Positions 28,284 through 39,856 are shown, counted from the first letter of the stretch. The stretch is DNA of 64,000 nt from an uncultured Chlamydiae bacterium (GCA_963696295.1 CAVOJR010000001.1:3136001-3200000), one strand, 5' to 3'. The notes: generated by a model from the letters alone, not told the origin. Translations and numbers: made by a program.

Positions 28284-30914
28284 ATGGATATCAATCTGGA
28301 AAACGCTGATTATATTGAGCAGTTATATGCTCTCTATCAAGAGGATGCTGCAAAAGTAGATCCCTCATGGAAACAATTTTTTGAAAGGGAAAGAAGGGAA
28401 GAACCTGCGGAAGCGCCCTCTGATTTGAAAATCTACGATCTTATCGAGTCGTATCGGACATACGGCCATCTGATGGCCAGGATCAACCCTATCGCGATTA
28501 ACGAGGGAGAGGAACCGCAGCAGCTGAGCTTAAAAATGTTGGGATTTAATGAGGGGGATCTTGGCAAACTTTATCCCACCTGCGGTCTGCTGGCGGAAAA
28601 AACGGCGCCTCTCAAAACAATTATTGACGTTTTGAAAGCGATTTACTGCAACAAAATCGGCGTAGAATACATGGGGCTCCAAAATCCGGAACTGGAAAGA
28701 TGGCTTCAGGAAAAGATTGAACCTAAAAGATTTACAGACGACCTGTCCATCGATCAGAAAAAAATGATTTTACAGCATCTCAATAAATCTGAGCTATTTG
28801 AGATGTTCCTCCATACGAAATATACCGGGCAAAAACGGTTTTCCATCGAAGGGGGCGAGACGCTGATTCCCATGCTGGCCGCCATCCTGGAAAAAGGGGC
28901 GGCCTTTGGCACCCACAGTTTTGTCATCGGCATGGCCCACCGCGGCCGGTTGAATGTTTTAAGCAATATTTTACAAAAATCGTACGCCACCATTTTCTCC
29001 GAATTTGAAGAGGGGTATATCCCTGAATCATTTGAAGGGAGCGGCGATGTCAAATACCACAAAGGTTTTTCCTCTAAAGTGAATCTTGGCCACAGCCGGG
29101 AAGCCCACGTTTACCTCGCTCCCAACCCAAGCCATCTGGAAGCGGTTGACCCCGTGGTGGAAGGGCAAACCTTTGCGCGCCAAGTGTTGAGCGGCGATGA
29201 TAAAAATAGCGTCATGCCCATCCTGATCCATGGCGACGCGGCTATCGCAGGCCAAGGGGTGGTTTATGAAACTTTGCAGCTCAATCAGTTAAAAGGGTAT
29301 TCCACAGGGGGAACCCTTCATCTGGTGATCAACAACCAAATCGGCTTCACGACGCTGCCGCAAGATGCGAGATCCACCCATTACTGCACGGATATCGCGC
29401 GCGCCTTTAATGCGCCGGTCTTTCACGTCAACGCCGAAGATCCTGAAGGGTGCGTTCTCGCGGTTAATCTGGCTGTGGAGATCCGGAAAAAATTTCAGTG
29501 CGATGTCTTTGTCGATCTGAATTGCTACCGCAAATACGGGCACAATGAAACCGATGAGCCGGCATTTACACAACCCATAGAATATCAGCTTATTAAAAAG
29601 AAATTGCCGATCCGCGAACTCTACCGGGATTATTTGATTCAGCAGGGCGTTTTGGAAAAGCAAATGGCTGAAGCGCTGGAGGAAGAGTTCAAACAGTCGC
29701 TGCACCAGGAACTTGAGCAAATAAAACTCCCGAAAGAAAAACGGCAGGAGCCTGTGCAGGCATCTACCCATTGCCGCACTGCTGTTTCGAAAGAGCTGCT
29801 GATCGAAGTCGCCGAAAAAATGAGCGTCATTCCGCAAGGTTTCAACATCCATAAGAAACTGGAACGGCTGATTCAGGACAGGAAGGCGATGATCCTGGAA
29901 GACAAACCGATCGATTGGGGGATGGGGGAGCTCCTGGCCTATGCCACGTTGCTCTATGAGGGGAAAGCGGTGCGGCTCACCGGCCAGGATTGCGGCCGCG
30001 GCACCTTCAGCCATCGCCATGCGTTGTGGATGGACCAGGTGAAAGAGCGCGCGTACTTTCCGCTCAAACACCTAAAACCGGACCAGGGGCGTTTCGACGC
30101 GATCAATTCCCCGCTTTCCGAGTATGCTCCTTTGGGTTTTGAATTCGGCTACAGCTCCATTCTGCTCGATTCTCTTGTCATTTGGGAAGCGCAATTTGGG
30201 GATTTTAGCAATGGCGCGCAAGTCATCATCGATCAATTTATTTCCACGACCGAGCAAAAATGGTCGCAAAAGTCAAACCTTGTGCTGCTGCTGCCCCATG
30301 GCTATGAGGGGCAAGGGCCGGAGCACTCCTCGGCGCGCATCGAGCGGTTCCTCTCTTTATGCGGCGACGACAATATGATTGTGGTCAACCCAACGCTGCC
30401 CGCCCAGCTATTTCATCTGCTGAGAAGGCAGGCATTGGCGCCGATGAATAAGCCCCTGATCGTATTTACCCCAAAAGGGCTGCTGAGGCACCATGAGTGC
30501 ACGAGTCTTTTGAGCCACTTTTCGGAAGGTTCTTTCCGGGAAGTGATCAGCCACGGTTCCAAAGAGAGTACTACTTTGATCCTCTGTTCCGGCCGGGTCT
30601 ACTATGACCTCCTGCCCATAAAAAAGGAGGATTGGGCCATCGTGCGGGTGGAGCAGCTCTATCCTTTTCCCAAAAAACAGCTTGAGGAAACGATTAGAAA
30701 CTTTCCCAAAATTGCGAAGACCTATTGGGTGCAGGAAGAACCGGCTAATATGGGCGGGTGGGATTTTGTCCGTCCGCAACTGCGGGAATTGTTCCCACAC
30801 GAGCCGATTTATTGCGGTAGAGAGCGCAGCGCCGCCACGGCCACCGGATCCTTCCTGCTGCACAAGAAGCAATTTCAACAGATGATGGACCTACTTAAAG
30901 GAGATCAGGCATGA
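28284..30914 (+). CDS. sucA: 2-oxoglutarate dehydrogenase E1
   Basis: [20 protein letters not shown] and WEAQFGDF motifs. Confidence 0.97.
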   Translation: MDINLENADYIEQLYALYQEDAAKVDPSWKQFFERERREEPAEAPSDLKIYDLIESYRTYGHLMARINPIAINEGEEPQQLSLKMLGFNEGDLGKLYPTCGLLAEKTAPLKTIIDVLKAIYCNKIGVEYMGLQNPELERWLQEKIEPKRFTDDLSIDQKKMILQHLNKSELFEMFLHTKYTGQKRFSIEGGETLIPMLAAILEKGAAFGTHSFVIGMAHRGRLNVLSNILQKSYATIFSEFEEGYIPESFEGSGDVKYHKGFSSKVNLGHSREAHVYLAPNPSHLEAVDPVVEGQTFARQVLSGDDKNSVMPILIHGDAAIAGQGVVYETLQLNQLKGYSTGGTLHLVINNQIGFTTLPQDARSTHYCTDIARAFNAPVFHVNAEDPEGCVLAVNLAVEIRKKFQCDVFVDLNCYRKYGHNETDEPAFTQPIEYQLIKKKLPIRELYRDYLIQQGVLEKQMAEALEEEFKQSLHQELEQIKLPKEKRQEPVQASTHCRTAVSKELLIEVAEKMSVIPQGFNIHKKLERLIQDRKAMILEDKPIDWGMGELLAYATLLYEGKAVRLTGQDCGRGTFSHRHALWMDQVKERAYFPLKHLKPDQGRFDAINSPLSEYAPLGFEFGYSSILLDSLVIWEAQFGDFSNGAQVIIDQFISTTEQKWSQKSNLVLLLPHGYEGQGPEHSSARIERFLSLCGDDNMIVVNPTLPAQLFHLLRRQALAPMNKPLIVFTPKGLLRHHECTSLLSHFSEGSFREVISHGSKESTTLILCSGRVYYDLLPIKKEDWAIVRVEQLYPFPKKQLEETIRNFPKIAKTYWVQEEPANMGGWDFVRPQLRELFPHEPIYCGRERSAATATGSFLLHKKQFQQMMDLLKGDQA

Positions 30915-32026
30915 AAGAAGAGATTAAAGTCCCCGCTATGGGAGAGTCCATTACCGAAGCGGTCATCGGCTCTATCTTAAAACCGGAAGGCTCCCAGGTA
31001 GAAGCTGAGGATGAACTCATCGAGTTAGAGACTGATAAAGTCAACCAGGTGCTTTACGCTCCGGCTTCCGGCACCATATCCTGGAATGTCCGGCCGGAGG
31101 AGGTCGTCAAAATCGGCCAAGTGATCGGCTCGATTGATAAAGCGGCAAGGGCGGAAAAGCCGCCTGAAGTCAAAGTCGAAGTAAAACCGGAAGTTAAACG
31201 CGAAGTCAAACCGGAAGTTAAACCGGAAGTTAAACGCGAAGTCAAACCTGTCACGACCGGTCCGAAAGCGAGAATTTTCAAAGAGGAAGCCTTACAGGAA
31301 AAAGAGCAGCCCAAACCCAAACCAGCTGGAACCGAAACGCGTAAAAAAATGCCTAAAATCCGGAAAATTATCGCCGAGCGCCTGGTTGAAGTGCAGCAAA
31401 ATACGGCCATGCTGACCACCTTTAACGAAATCGACCTCTCCGAAGTGATGGCTGTGAGAAGCCGCCACAAAGACAGCTTTGAAAAGGAGCATGGGGTAAA
31501 GCTCGGATTTATGTCCTTCTTTGTAAAAGCTGTGGTTTCGGCCCTGCAGGCCATCCCCGAAGTCAACGCCTACATCGACGGGGATGAATTCGTCCAAAGA
31601 CATTATTACGATATCGGCATTGCCGTAGGAACAGACCGGGGACTGATCGTGCCTGTTGTGCGCGGCTGCGACAAATTGACATTTGCCGAAATCGAGCAGA
31701 GCATCGTGAACTTTGCCAAGAAAGCCCGCGAGGGAAAAATTTCCGTCGATGACCTTCAAGGAGGCGGATTCACCATCACGAATGGGGGAGTTTATGGATC
31801 GCTGCTCTCTACCCCGATCCTCAACCCTCCCCAAAGCGGCATTTTGGGGATGCATAAAATCTTGAACCGCCCTGTAGCCGTTGACAACCAGGTAGTGATC
31901 AGACCCATGATGTATGTCGCGTTAAGCTACGACCACCGGATCATCGACGGGAAAGAAGCGGTGACTTTTCTCGTGCATATCAAAAATCATCTGGAAGATC
32001 CCGCCAAACTCCTTTTAGACACCTGA
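30911..32026 (+). CDS. sucB: Dihydrolipoamide succinyltransferase E2
   Basis: Lipoyl ETDKV and YDHRIIDG motifs. Confidence 0.97.
   Translation: MKEEIKVPAMGESITEAVIGSILKPEGSQVEAEDELIELETDKVNQVLYAPASGTISWNVRPEEVVKIGQVIGSIDKAARAEKPPEVKVEVKPEVKREVKPEVKPEVKREVKPVTTGPKARIFKEEALQEKEQPKPKPAGTETRKKMPKIRKIIAERLVEVQQNTAMLTTFNEIDLSEVMAVRSRHKDSFEKEHGVKLGFMSFFVKAVVSALQAIPEVNAYIDGDEFVQRHYYDIGIAVGTDRGLIVPVVRGCDKLTFAEIEQSIVNFAKKAREGKISVDDLQGGGFTITNGGVYGSLLSTPILNPPQSGILGMHKILNRPVAVDNQVVIRPMMYVALSYDHRIIDGKEAVTFLVHIKNHLEDPAKLLLDT
31166..31249 (+). repeat. 12-bp coding repeat (EVKP/EVKR) in the sucB linker
   Basis: About seven GAAGTYAAANNN-type units. Confidence 0.85.
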
Positions 32027-32033
32027 GGTAAAC

Positions 32034-33404
32034 ATGGAAGAATATGATATCGTCCTCATCGGCGCCGGTCCAGGCGGTTATGTCGCCGCCCTGCACGCCG
32101 CCCATCTTGGATTTAAAACCGCCTGTATCGATAAAGGGGAATCACTGGGAGGTACCTGCCTAAACGTCGGGTGCATTCCTTCCAAAGCCCTTTTACAATC
32201 AAGCGAACACCTCGCCTTCATGCGGGAGAAAGCCAAAGAGCATGGGATCGAAATACAAGCATTAAGCCTTAATTTTCCCCAGATGATGGCGCGAAAAAAA
32301 GAGATCGTGCAAAGCCTGGTTCAGGGGATTGCCGGCCTTTTTCAGCGCGGCAAAGTGACTTCCATTCGAGGCGCTGCCCGCTTTGTCTCCCCGAACGAAC
32401 TGGCCATTGGCGACCAAAAAATCAGGGCCAAAAACATCATCATCGCCACCGGATCGGAACCGGTTGCCTTGCCCTTTATGCCCTTCGATGAAAAAACCAT
32501 TATCTCCTCTACCGGCGCGCTCAGCCTGCCTAAAATCCCCAAAGATATGCTCGTCATCGGAGCCGGGGTGATTGGCGTGGAGCTCGCTTCCGTTTATCAG
32601 CGCCTCGGCGCAAAAGTCACTCTGGTTGAAATGCTCGATCACATCTGCCCTGCCATGGATGGGCAGGTCAGCAAAGGGCTGCTCGCCATTTTGAAGAAGC
32701 AGGGATTGACTTTTCACCTCGCGGCAAAAGTTAAGAGCGCGGAAATAAAACCCTCCGGCGTCGAATTGACTGTGGAGCATGAGAATAAAAATCTGAACCT
32801 TTCCGCCGAATGCGCTCTGGTGGCCGTCGGAAGGCGCCCCTACACTAAGGATCTTGGCTTAAAGGAGATCGGCATTGAGACAGACCCTAAAGGATTTATT
32901 CCGGTCGACGGTAATTTCCGCACCGTTCATCCCCATATCTATGCGATCGGGGATGTTGTGGAGGGGGCCATGCTCGCGCATCGCGCCTCGGACGAAGGGG
33001 TGGTCGTCGTCGATCTGATCGCCGGCAAGAGCGCGCAAATCAACTACCTGGCCATCCCGAATGTGATCTACACCCACCCTGAAGTGGCGGCGCTTGGCTT
33101 TACCGAAGAGGAGGCTAAAGCCCTAAAAATTGAGATTGCGACCGGCATGGCCTATTTTAAAGCCAATCCGAGAGCGCGCTGCAGCGGAGACACGGAAGGC
33201 TTTGTCAAAGTGATCGGGGAAAAGAAGAGCGGCCGTCTCATCGGGATGCATATCATGGGACCGCACGCCTCGGAAATGATTGGGGAAGGGGTGATCGCCA
33301 TTGAAAAGGGAATGACTTTGAAGGAGCTCGCCTACGCCTCCCATGCTCATCCAACTCTGTCCGAGTCCATTAAGGAAGCGGCGCAAAATTCTTTAGGGGC
33401 TTAA
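32034..33404 (+). CDS. lpdA: Dihydrolipoamide dehydrogenase
   Basis: GGTCLNVGCIPSK and HAHPTLSE motifs. Confidence 0.97.
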   Translation: MEEYDIVLIGAGPGGYVAALHAAHLGFKTACIDKGESLGGTCLNVGCIPSKALLQSSEHLAFMREKAKEHGIEIQALSLNFPQMMARKKEIVQSLVQGIAGLFQRGKVTSIRGAARFVSPNELAIGDQKIRAKNIIIATGSEPVALPFMPFDEKTIISSTGALSLPKIPKDMLVIGAGVIGVELASVYQRLGAKVTLVEMLDHICPAMDGQVSKGLLAILKKQGLTFHLAAKVKSAEIKPSGVELTVEHENKNLNLSAECALVAVGRRPYTKDLGLKEIGIETDPKGFIPVDGNFRTVHPHIYAIGDVVEGAMLAHRASDEGVVVVDLIAGKSAQINYLAIPNVIYTHPEVAALGFTEEEAKALKIEIATGMAYFKANPRARCSGDTEGFVKVIGEKKSGRLIGMHIMGPHASEMIGEGVIAIEKGMTLKELAYASHAHPTLSESIKEAAQNSLGA

Positions 33405-33405
33405 A

Positions 33406-34389
33406 ATGAAGGCTATTGTCGTCAGTCACTATGGGGAACCGGAAGTTTTAAAACTGCAAGAGGTGGAAATCGGAAAACCCGGGACTGGGCAAGCGCTCGT
33501 CCGTCTGGCAGCAGCCGGAGTGAACTTTGTTGAAATCTATCAACGGCGGGGCACCTACCCAAGAAAACTGCCCTATATCCCCGGATCTGAGGCAGCGGGC
33601 GTGGTGGAGGCTGTCGGAGAGGGCGTGCCGCAATTTAAGCCCGGGGACCGGGTGGCTTATGTGCACGAGCCGGGCGCTTATGCCGAGGCCAGTTTGGTCA
33701 GGGCCGACCGGCTGATTCCCTTGCCCGCCGATTTTTCTTTCGAACAGGGAGCGGCCTTTCCGCTGCAGGGAATGACAGCGCACTACCTGCTTCATGAATT
33801 CCGCAAGCCGAAACCGGGCGATGTCGTGCTGATTCACGCAGCCGCAGGGGGCATGGGGCTTTTGCTTGTGCAGTGGGCCCGCCACTTAGGCGCGAGGGTG
33901 ATCGGAACGGTTTCCACAGAGGAAAAAGCTAAGGCGGCGCGGGAAGCGGGAGCCTCGGATATCATTTTCTACACGAAGCAAAATTTTGCCGAAGAGATCA
34001 AGTCTTTGACTAATAATCATGGGGCGGATCTGATCATTGACGGCGTTGGTAAAACGACCTTTCAAGGAAACCTGGAAGCCGCGGCTTTGCGTGGAAATAT
34101 TGTCATTTTCGGAGCGGCGAGCGGACCGGCGGATCCGATCCCGCCAAACACTTTAATGCCCCGTTCGCTGACCCTTTCGGGAGGCAGCTTGCCGAACTAT
34201 CTGTTGAGCCGCGAAGAGCTTTTATATCGCGCTCAGGCGGTAATTAAAGGCGTTCAGGAGGGGTGGCTGAAGTTGCGGATAGATAAGGTTATCCCGTTGG
34301 CCAAGGCGGCTGAGGCGCATCGTTTGCTTGAGAACCGCCAGACGATAGGGAAGGTCATACTTGATATTTCGCTTGAGACTTATAAGTAA
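33406..34389 (+). CDS. qor: NADPH:quinone oxidoreductase (zeta-crystallin family)
   Basis: GVNF, PGSEAAG, HAAAGGMG and AHRLLE.RQTIGK motifs. Confidence 0.88.
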   Translation: MKAIVVSHYGEPEVLKLQEVEIGKPGTGQALVRLAAAGVNFVEIYQRRGTYPRKLPYIPGSEAAGVVEAVGEGVPQFKPGDRVAYVHEPGAYAEASLVRADRLIPLPADFSFEQGAAFPLQGMTAHYLLHEFRKPKPGDVVLIHAAAGGMGLLLVQWARHLGARVIGTVSTEEKAKAAREAGASDIIFYTKQNFAEEIKSLTNNHGADLIIDGVGKTTFQGNLEAAALRGNIVIFGAASGPADPIPPNTLMPRSLTLSGGSLPNYLLSREELLYRAQAVIKGVQEGWLKLRIDKVIPLAKAAEAHRLLENRQTIGKVILDISLETYK

Positions 34390-34435
34390 TATTTTGCTAA
34401 ACTTAATATAGTTTAATGTTCTTCAGGATAACAAA

Positions 34436-35015
34436 ATGATTTCCAAGTTTCTTGACCCGCAAAAATGATGTTGCATTCAGAAAAATTTTTGGTTCAGAAA
34501 AGAATAAAGATATTCTTATTCATTTCCTCAATGACATGGTTACTTTTAAAGAGAATGGCCCCATCACGCAAGTGCCTTTTTCGAAAAACAATCCAAGACA
34601 CTGAGACCGCTGCCCACAAGACCAGCATCGTGGATATCTTATGCAAAGACGATAAAAATAACACTTATATCGTTGAAATGCAAGTGGCTAAAGAAAAAGG
34701 ATTTGAGAAAAGAGCCCAATATTACGCCTCGAAAGCCTACATTTCCCAGGCACATGTCGGCGGGGAGTTCCATCATCTTAAAGAAGTGATTTTTTTGGCG
34801 ATTGCAGACTTTGTCATGTTCCCCCAAAAAAAAGATTATAAATCAGATCATGTTATCTTAGATAAAAAAAGCCTCGAGAACGACCTGAAAGATTTTTCCT
34901 TTACATTTCTGGAGCTTCCTAAATTCCATAAAGAGGTTGATCAACTGCCAATATGACCGAAAAATGGGCCTATTTTTTTAAACACGCTGAAGAAATGTCG
35001 GAACAAGATCTTCTA
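34436..35015 (+). pseudogene. Frameshifted Rpn/PD-(D/E)XK nuclease-transposase family gene
   Basis: MISKFLDP / NDVAFRKIFG / VDILCKD...IVEMQV...KRAQYY / EKWAYFFK fall in shifting frames; truncated. Confidence 0.85.
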
Positions 35016-35264
35016 AAACGCACCAGCTCTATCAGGTTTGACAGAGTGGCTTAGAGTAAGATCGTTTTACCTTGGAACCAAACTTTAAATGTGCGCAGTC
35101 CAAAGAAAATTTGTCTTCAATGGCGCGCGGAATGCCGACTTTTTAAAGCCAAATCAAAAATTTGGGCGATTTCATCCGAGCCATAATTCTTTTTTAAAGA
35201 ATCGACAACCTCCGCACTAATTCCTGCTAGGAGACTCACAATAATATAAATTATCTTAAGTATA

Positions 35265-35297
35265 TCATGCTGTCTCTTTACTAAAGAGACAGCATGA
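35265..35297. terminator. Perfect 16-bp inverted repeat downstream of the iscA-like gene
   Basis: TCATGCTGTCTCTTTA-C-TAAAGAGACAGCATGA. Confidence 0.7.
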
Positions 35298-35319
35298 ATC
35301 AAATAGACAAAAATATCAG

Positions 35320-35877
35320 CTAATATCCGTGCGAGGAGCCGCAGCCGCAGGAAGAGCGCACGTTCGGATTCGAAATTTTAAATCCGGAATTTTGCAGCGC
35401 ATCGATATAATCGATTTCGGAGCCTAGCAACCGGGGCACCTTCTTCTTGTTCACATGGATGGCGATGCCGTTGGAGACGAATATCTCATCATCCTCATTG
35501 GCCTTTTCCGAATAGTCGAGCATATACTCAAAGCCGCTGCAACCCGCCATCTGCTCGGACAGGCGAATGCCCCAGCCATGTTTGCCTTCTTCAGAGAGAA
35601 TACCCATATACTTCTCTACCGCGCGTCTGGTCATGGTGATCGTGCTAGGATCAGACTGCTCTTCGAGAAGGGCGTTTAACCGGCTTACCAAACGATCAAT
35701 ATGTTCTTCTGTCATGCCGTGACCCAGCATGCCGGCCTCTAAAGTTTCCCAGGTAGCCGCCTGACAGCCGACGCAATGCAATCCGGCATTGGTGATCTCT
35801 TGGGAAAGTTTTTGAGCTTTATTCGGAAACATCGAAAGAATCTCTTCGATGGTCATATCTTTGTGAATTTTTTTCAT
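35320..35877 (-). CDS. DUF1858-like domain fused to an A-type Fe-S carrier (IscA/HesB)
   Basis: GLHCVGC..A..ETLE N-domain; GCSG and CGCGSS motifs. Confidence 0.85.
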   Translation of the reverse strand: MKKIHKDMTIEEILSMFPNKAQKLSQEITNAGLHCVGCQAATWETLEAGMLGHGMTEEHIDRLVSRLNALLEEQSDPSTITMTRRAVEKYMGILSEEGKHGWGIRLSEQMAGCSGFEYMLDYSEKANEDDEIFVSNGIAIHVNKKKVPRLLGSEIDYIDALQNSGFKISNPNVRSSCGCGSSHGY

Positions 35878-35888
35878 GTGTTACATCC

Positions 35889-36155
35889 TTAGAAACAAAT
35901 TTTTACATTACCTTTGCGAATTTTACACTGGCAAGCCAACCGCTCATCTTTGGTATCGGCGCCCAGAAAATCCTCTTCCTCTTGGGTCGGGGGCGAAAGA
36001 TTCTCAAATCCCTCTTTAATTTCTATGACACAAGTTCCGCAAACCCCTTCAGTACAAGCAAAAGGAACGCCGGCTTCCTCGCAAGCCTCGGCTATCGGAG
36101 AATTTTCCTCTAATTCCACTTCCTCGCCATTATGTTCAAAAATTAATTTAGGCAT
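35889..36155 (-). CDS. 2Fe-2S ferredoxin
   Basis: CTEGVCGTC...RLACQC. Confidence 0.92.
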   Translation of the reverse strand: MPKLIFEHNGEEVELEENSPIAEACEEAGVPFACTEGVCGTCVIEIKEGFENLSPPTQEEEDFLGADTKDERLACQCKIRKGNVKICF

Positions 36156-36210
36156 ATCGATCTCTCCTAGTGATTTAAGTCTAGAATTATGTAGGATAAA
36201 TTAAAAAAAA

Positions 36211-36591
36211 TCAACTAAAAATCAGAGAGGCAATTTTATAAACGCGAGAATCTGATGTGTACCTTTTAGTTTCATCCCTCTTTTGAGCCATCAAGAGTAA
36301 TTCCTTGTATATTTTTTGATATTTTTCCTTAATTTCTTTTTGGGAAATCTCCTTACTCGAAAAAACGATCTGTTTGAAGTGTTTAAACGCTTCAAACAGT
36401 TCGGCATGCAAAAGAGCGAGATAGACTTTAGCCGCTCTGCTCCCAATCTGTTTTTCCTGCCCGGGAATTGATAAAACGGAAAATTTAGGCTTTTCCTTCA
36501 TCAGTGACACTGGCATCAAAATGCCAGAAAAAATTCCATTAAAACCGGTCATACACACCTTGAAATCCTTAAAAATAAGACCATAAAGCAC
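36211..36591 (-). CDS. Hypothetical protein or gene remnant
   Basis: 126-aa ORF filling the intergenic space; weak start. Confidence 0.35.
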   Translation of the reverse strand: MLYGLIFKDFKVCMTGFNGIFSGILMPVSLMKEKPKFSVLSIPGQEKQIGSRAAKVYLALLHAELFEAFKHFKQIVFSSKEISQKEIKEKYQKIYKELLLMAQKRDETKRYTSDSRVYKIASLIFS

Positions 36592-36617
36592 TGATCTTTT
36601 TTTGAAAACTGTAAAAT

Positions 36618-37775
36618 TTAAAACTTTTTTACCAAAACCGTAATATTGTCTTCCGATCCGGCTCCAAGAGCACGGATGGCTATATTACAGGCTATCTGGG
36701 ATAAAGAGAGCCCCCGTTCGACTGAGCTCAGCACCAGCTCGCCTACCTGATTCGAAGAAGCCACGTCGAAAACCCCGTCGCAAGCCTGCACGAGATAGCA
36801 ATGCTCCCGATTTTTGGGAAGGGAAAATTTTGAAATAACAGGTCTTGGACACATCGCTCCCCTCAAGTGGTGATCCCCTAAACCGCGGCCCGGCGCGATC
36901 GAATAGGGGCTTAAAGGATGCAAAATCCTGTTGTCATCCGAGATCGCCCCGCCGCGCCCTTCGATGACATCCCGGTTTTGTTCCGGCTTTTGATCCTGGC
37001 TTAATTGGAAAGTATCATCGGGTGTCACAAAAATAGCCCGTGAATCCCCCAAGTTTACCACCCATAACGCCTCTCCGATCTGGAGGCAGATATTGGCCGT
37101 GGTACCCTCTATTTCACCCTGAAATGCGCGGTTGATATCTGCAAGAGTCAAGTTGATGGCGTTATAGATCCTTAAGTCTTTGTCTTTGAAAGGGAGGCTG
37201 TTATCGTTGAACCGCTCGGCAAATTTTGCGATAAACGCCCTCTTGGCATAATCAGAGCAGGCTTTCCCTCCATGACCATCGAAAACCGCGCTGTAGGGAA
37301 CCTCGGCCGGGATCGAATTCAGGCTCATCAGAATTAAAGCTGCTTCATGCGCGTCTTCCATCTCATTTCTTAACCCTATCGTAGAAGCTATGCCGGATCC
37401 GTTTTCCGTATGGAAATAGATTCTCGCCTCCCCAAAAAAGACGGGAACGTCAACAGATCCTTTTTGCTCGTGCAGCCTGATGGCGTCAGTGAGAAAACTG
37501 CTTTGGTACCCCTTGTCTCTCAGTTTATCGGCATTCTCCAGATTCTCTTGAAGCTCTTTTTTCACTTCCTTGCCGTCGAAGCAAACCTGGTAATCGAGGT
37601 TATCCAATACTTTTATCTGCCAGGGCAATAGATCGTCTGAAATTATTTTTGGCAGGGGAATTTGCTTGCTGTGCACAAAGTGGAAATGAATTTTGCCGGA
37701 AAAATCTTCGAAGGTCTTTTCCTCGATAACCCGCGCGGCCGGAAAATCAGGCTTAGCCGCCTTTTTGGGACACAT
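36618..37775 (-). CDS. PP2C (PPM) Ser/Thr phosphatase with N-terminal extension (start uncertain)
   Basis: RNEMEDA, VFDGHGG, NLGDSR, ACDGVFD and GSEDNIT motifs. Confidence 0.9.
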   Translation of the reverse strand: MCPKKAAKPDFPAARVIEEKTFEDFSGKIHFHFVHSKQIPLPKIISDDLLPWQIKVLDNLDYQVCFDGKEVKKELQENLENADKLRDKGYQSSFLTDAIRLHEQKGSVDVPVFFGEARIYFHTENGSGIASTIGLRNEMEDAHEAALILMSLNSIPAEVPYSAVFDGHGGKACSDYAKRAFIAKFAERFNDNSLPFKDKDLRIYNAINLTLADINRAFQGEIEGTTANICLQIGEALWVVNLGDSRAIFVTPDDTFQLSQDQKPEQNRDVIEGRGGAISDDNRILHPLSPYSIAPGRGLGDHHLRGAMCPRPVISKFSLPKNREHCYLVQACDGVFDVASSNQVGELVLSSVERGLSLSQIACNIAIRALGAGSEDNITVLVKKF

Positions 37776-37862
37776 AGGAACATCCTTTTTAACTATAGTA
37801 ATAAACATTTTATTTTTTTTTTGCAATTGGTGAAAAAAAATAATGCCTGTATAATGCCGGGC

Positions 37863-39308
37863 ATGAATCGAGTTTTGCTGGCCTTTCTGCTTTTTTTGGA
37901 ACCCCTTTCAGCTCTTGACCCCGATGTTCCCCTGTTTTATAGGGGCAGGATCCATCCGGCCAGCGCGTACGCCGCCCTTTTTCTCGAGCCTTTCTCCCAA
38001 AAGGAAAACCTGGAGACGCTCTGGCGCATGCATTTTTTAGGAGACGAGGAGCGTCCCATTTTCAAGGTTCGCGATCCGGCGCTGCGAAAAAAGTTTAAAA
38101 CCTCCCTTTTCAGCTACAATCAAATAAAAGATTTACCTGAATTAAAGGAGCCGATCCGACTCTATACCCAATTTTCCAGCTCCTCCTTTTTGGCCCTTCC
38201 CTGCAGGGGAGAATGGCGCTCTCTTAAAGCCTTGAAAAACTCCGAATTTAATTTCACCCTCTATTCCGATGCGGATTTCAGCGAAATTCAGAAGACCTAT
38301 CTTTTATTGGAGCGGGCTTATAAAAACGGGGATCTGACCGAAATCAAACAGCAGAACAGATCCTTGTCCACCCTTTTAAAAAAAGCCTACGCCTCCCTTG
38401 CCGGAAAACCGATGCAAAAAGCGCATGGCAAAGCGCTTTTCTATCCCACCACCGCCCAGCTTTATGCCGAAGGAGCGCTCTTTCGGATCCCCTTTCTCGA
38501 AGGGATACTCCTGCTTTATTTGCTAAGTCTTTGGCGTAAGCCCCCCTTTTTTGCCGCGTTCGCCCTTCTCACCGCCTTTTTGGGGCTCCGCTGCTACATC
38601 CTTAACCGCCCTCCCGTGAGCAATATGTATGAGACGCTGGTCTATGTCCCCTGGATCATCAGCGCCGCCGGACTTCTTTTCTACGCCCTTCAAAAAAAGC
38701 CCATCATCTTAAAAACCTCTGCGATCTCTTCCTCTTTTTTACTCCTGATCCTGCTTTTGGGACCTTTGGCAGACAAGCTGGAGAATGTGCAGGCGGTTTT
38801 GGACTCCCAGTATTGGCTGACGGTGCATGTGCTGATGGTGGTAGGCAGTTACGGCTTTTTTATCTTGAGCGGAGTCTTAGCCCACCTGGCGCTCTATAGA
38901 GATGAACTCGCAAAAACCGTTTTGCACTCCCTTTACATCGGCACGGGATTATTGATTGTCGGAACGATTCTCGGCGGAGTGTGGGCAGCCCAAAGCTGGG
39001 GCCGTTTCTGGGACTGGGACCCCAAAGAGTCATGGGCTTTTATCTCTGCTTGCATCTATTTGATCCTCATACACCTGTATCGCTTTAAACACATCGGCAA
39101 CTACGGACTTTGCCTCGGAGCGATTCTAGGCTTGCAAGCGATTATCTTTACATGGTATGGAGTGAATTATATTTTGGGAACAGGACTGCACAGCTACGGA
39201 TTCGGATCGGGCGGCAAGGGGATTTATTCTCTTTTTGTCCTCTTGGAAATGGCGTTTATCATTCTGAATTTGTCTTTTAATCGGAAGCGTGCTAAAATAT
39301 TGCCCTAA
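37863..39308 (+). CDS. ccsA: Cytochrome c biogenesis protein CcsA/ResC with N-terminal extension
   Basis: PVSNMYE, WLTVHV, WGRFWDWDPKE and GLHSYG motifs. Confidence 0.9.
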   Translation: MNRVLLAFLLFLEPLSALDPDVPLFYRGRIHPASAYAALFLEPFSQKENLETLWRMHFLGDEERPIFKVRDPALRKKFKTSLFSYNQIKDLPELKEPIRLYTQFSSSSFLALPCRGEWRSLKALKNSEFNFTLYSDADFSEIQKTYLLLERAYKNGDLTEIKQQNRSLSTLLKKAYASLAGKPMQKAHGKALFYPTTAQLYAEGALFRIPFLEGILLLYLLSLWRKPPFFAAFALLTAFLGLRCYILNRPPVSNMYETLVYVPWIISAAGLLFYALQKKPIILKTSAISSSFLLLILLLGPLADKLENVQAVLDSQYWLTVHVLMVVGSYGFFILSGVLAHLALYRDELAKTVLHSLYIGTGLLIVGTILGGVWAAQSWGRFWDWDPKESWAFISACIYLILIHLYRFKHIGNYGLCLGAILGLQAIIFTWYGVNYILGTGLHSYGFGSGGKGIYSLFVLLEMAFIILNLSFNRKRAKILP

Positions 39309-39394
39309 AAATATTGAAAAAAATGACCCTTTTAAACAATAATTAACTATACGGGTGCGAGAAACCTGCCCCATTGGTAAGAGCAAAAAAAGAT

Positions 39395-39856
39395 ATGAGA
39401 ACGATTAAGAGTGAACGATTAAAAAAATTGGAAGCAGAGCTGAACGATCTCCAGCAATGGTTGAAACTCGGTTTGGTTCCGAAAAAAGACATCGACAAAC
39501 ATAAAGAAGAGATCGAAGCTGTCCTCGGGAAAATTGACGAGGAAAAAGAACGCCTCCAATTCCTTAAAGAAAGCGGTGAAGCTGAAGAGTACATTGCTCC
39601 AAAACGCAACCCGACCCGCGCAGGCTATACTGAAATGCCAACGGGCTTAGATATGGACATGGGAGAAACCGGCGGGCTGACCGAAACTGGTTTCGACATG
39701 GAATCGGAAAACACCGAAAGCTCCATCATCGAAGAGCGGGAAGAAGTTGAAGAAGAGGGAAGCACCGAGACGCTTGATGAAGAAACCGACTTTTTCAGCG
39801 AAAGGCGAAACCGCTGGGGCAAAGGTATTGTGGACCCAGACGCCGACGAATGGTAG
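39395..39856 (+). CDS. Conserved chlamydial protein (CT053 homolog)
   Basis: KSERLKKLE...LGLVPKK and C-terminal VDPDADEW; adjacent to a hemN-family gene as in Chlamydia. Confidence 0.85.
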   Translation: MRTIKSERLKKLEAELNDLQQWLKLGLVPKKDIDKHKEEIEAVLGKIDEEKERLQFLKESGEAEEYIAPKRNPTRAGYTEMPTGLDMDMGETGGLTETGFDMESENTESSIIEEREEVEEEGSTETLDEETDFFSERRNRWGKGIVDPDADEW

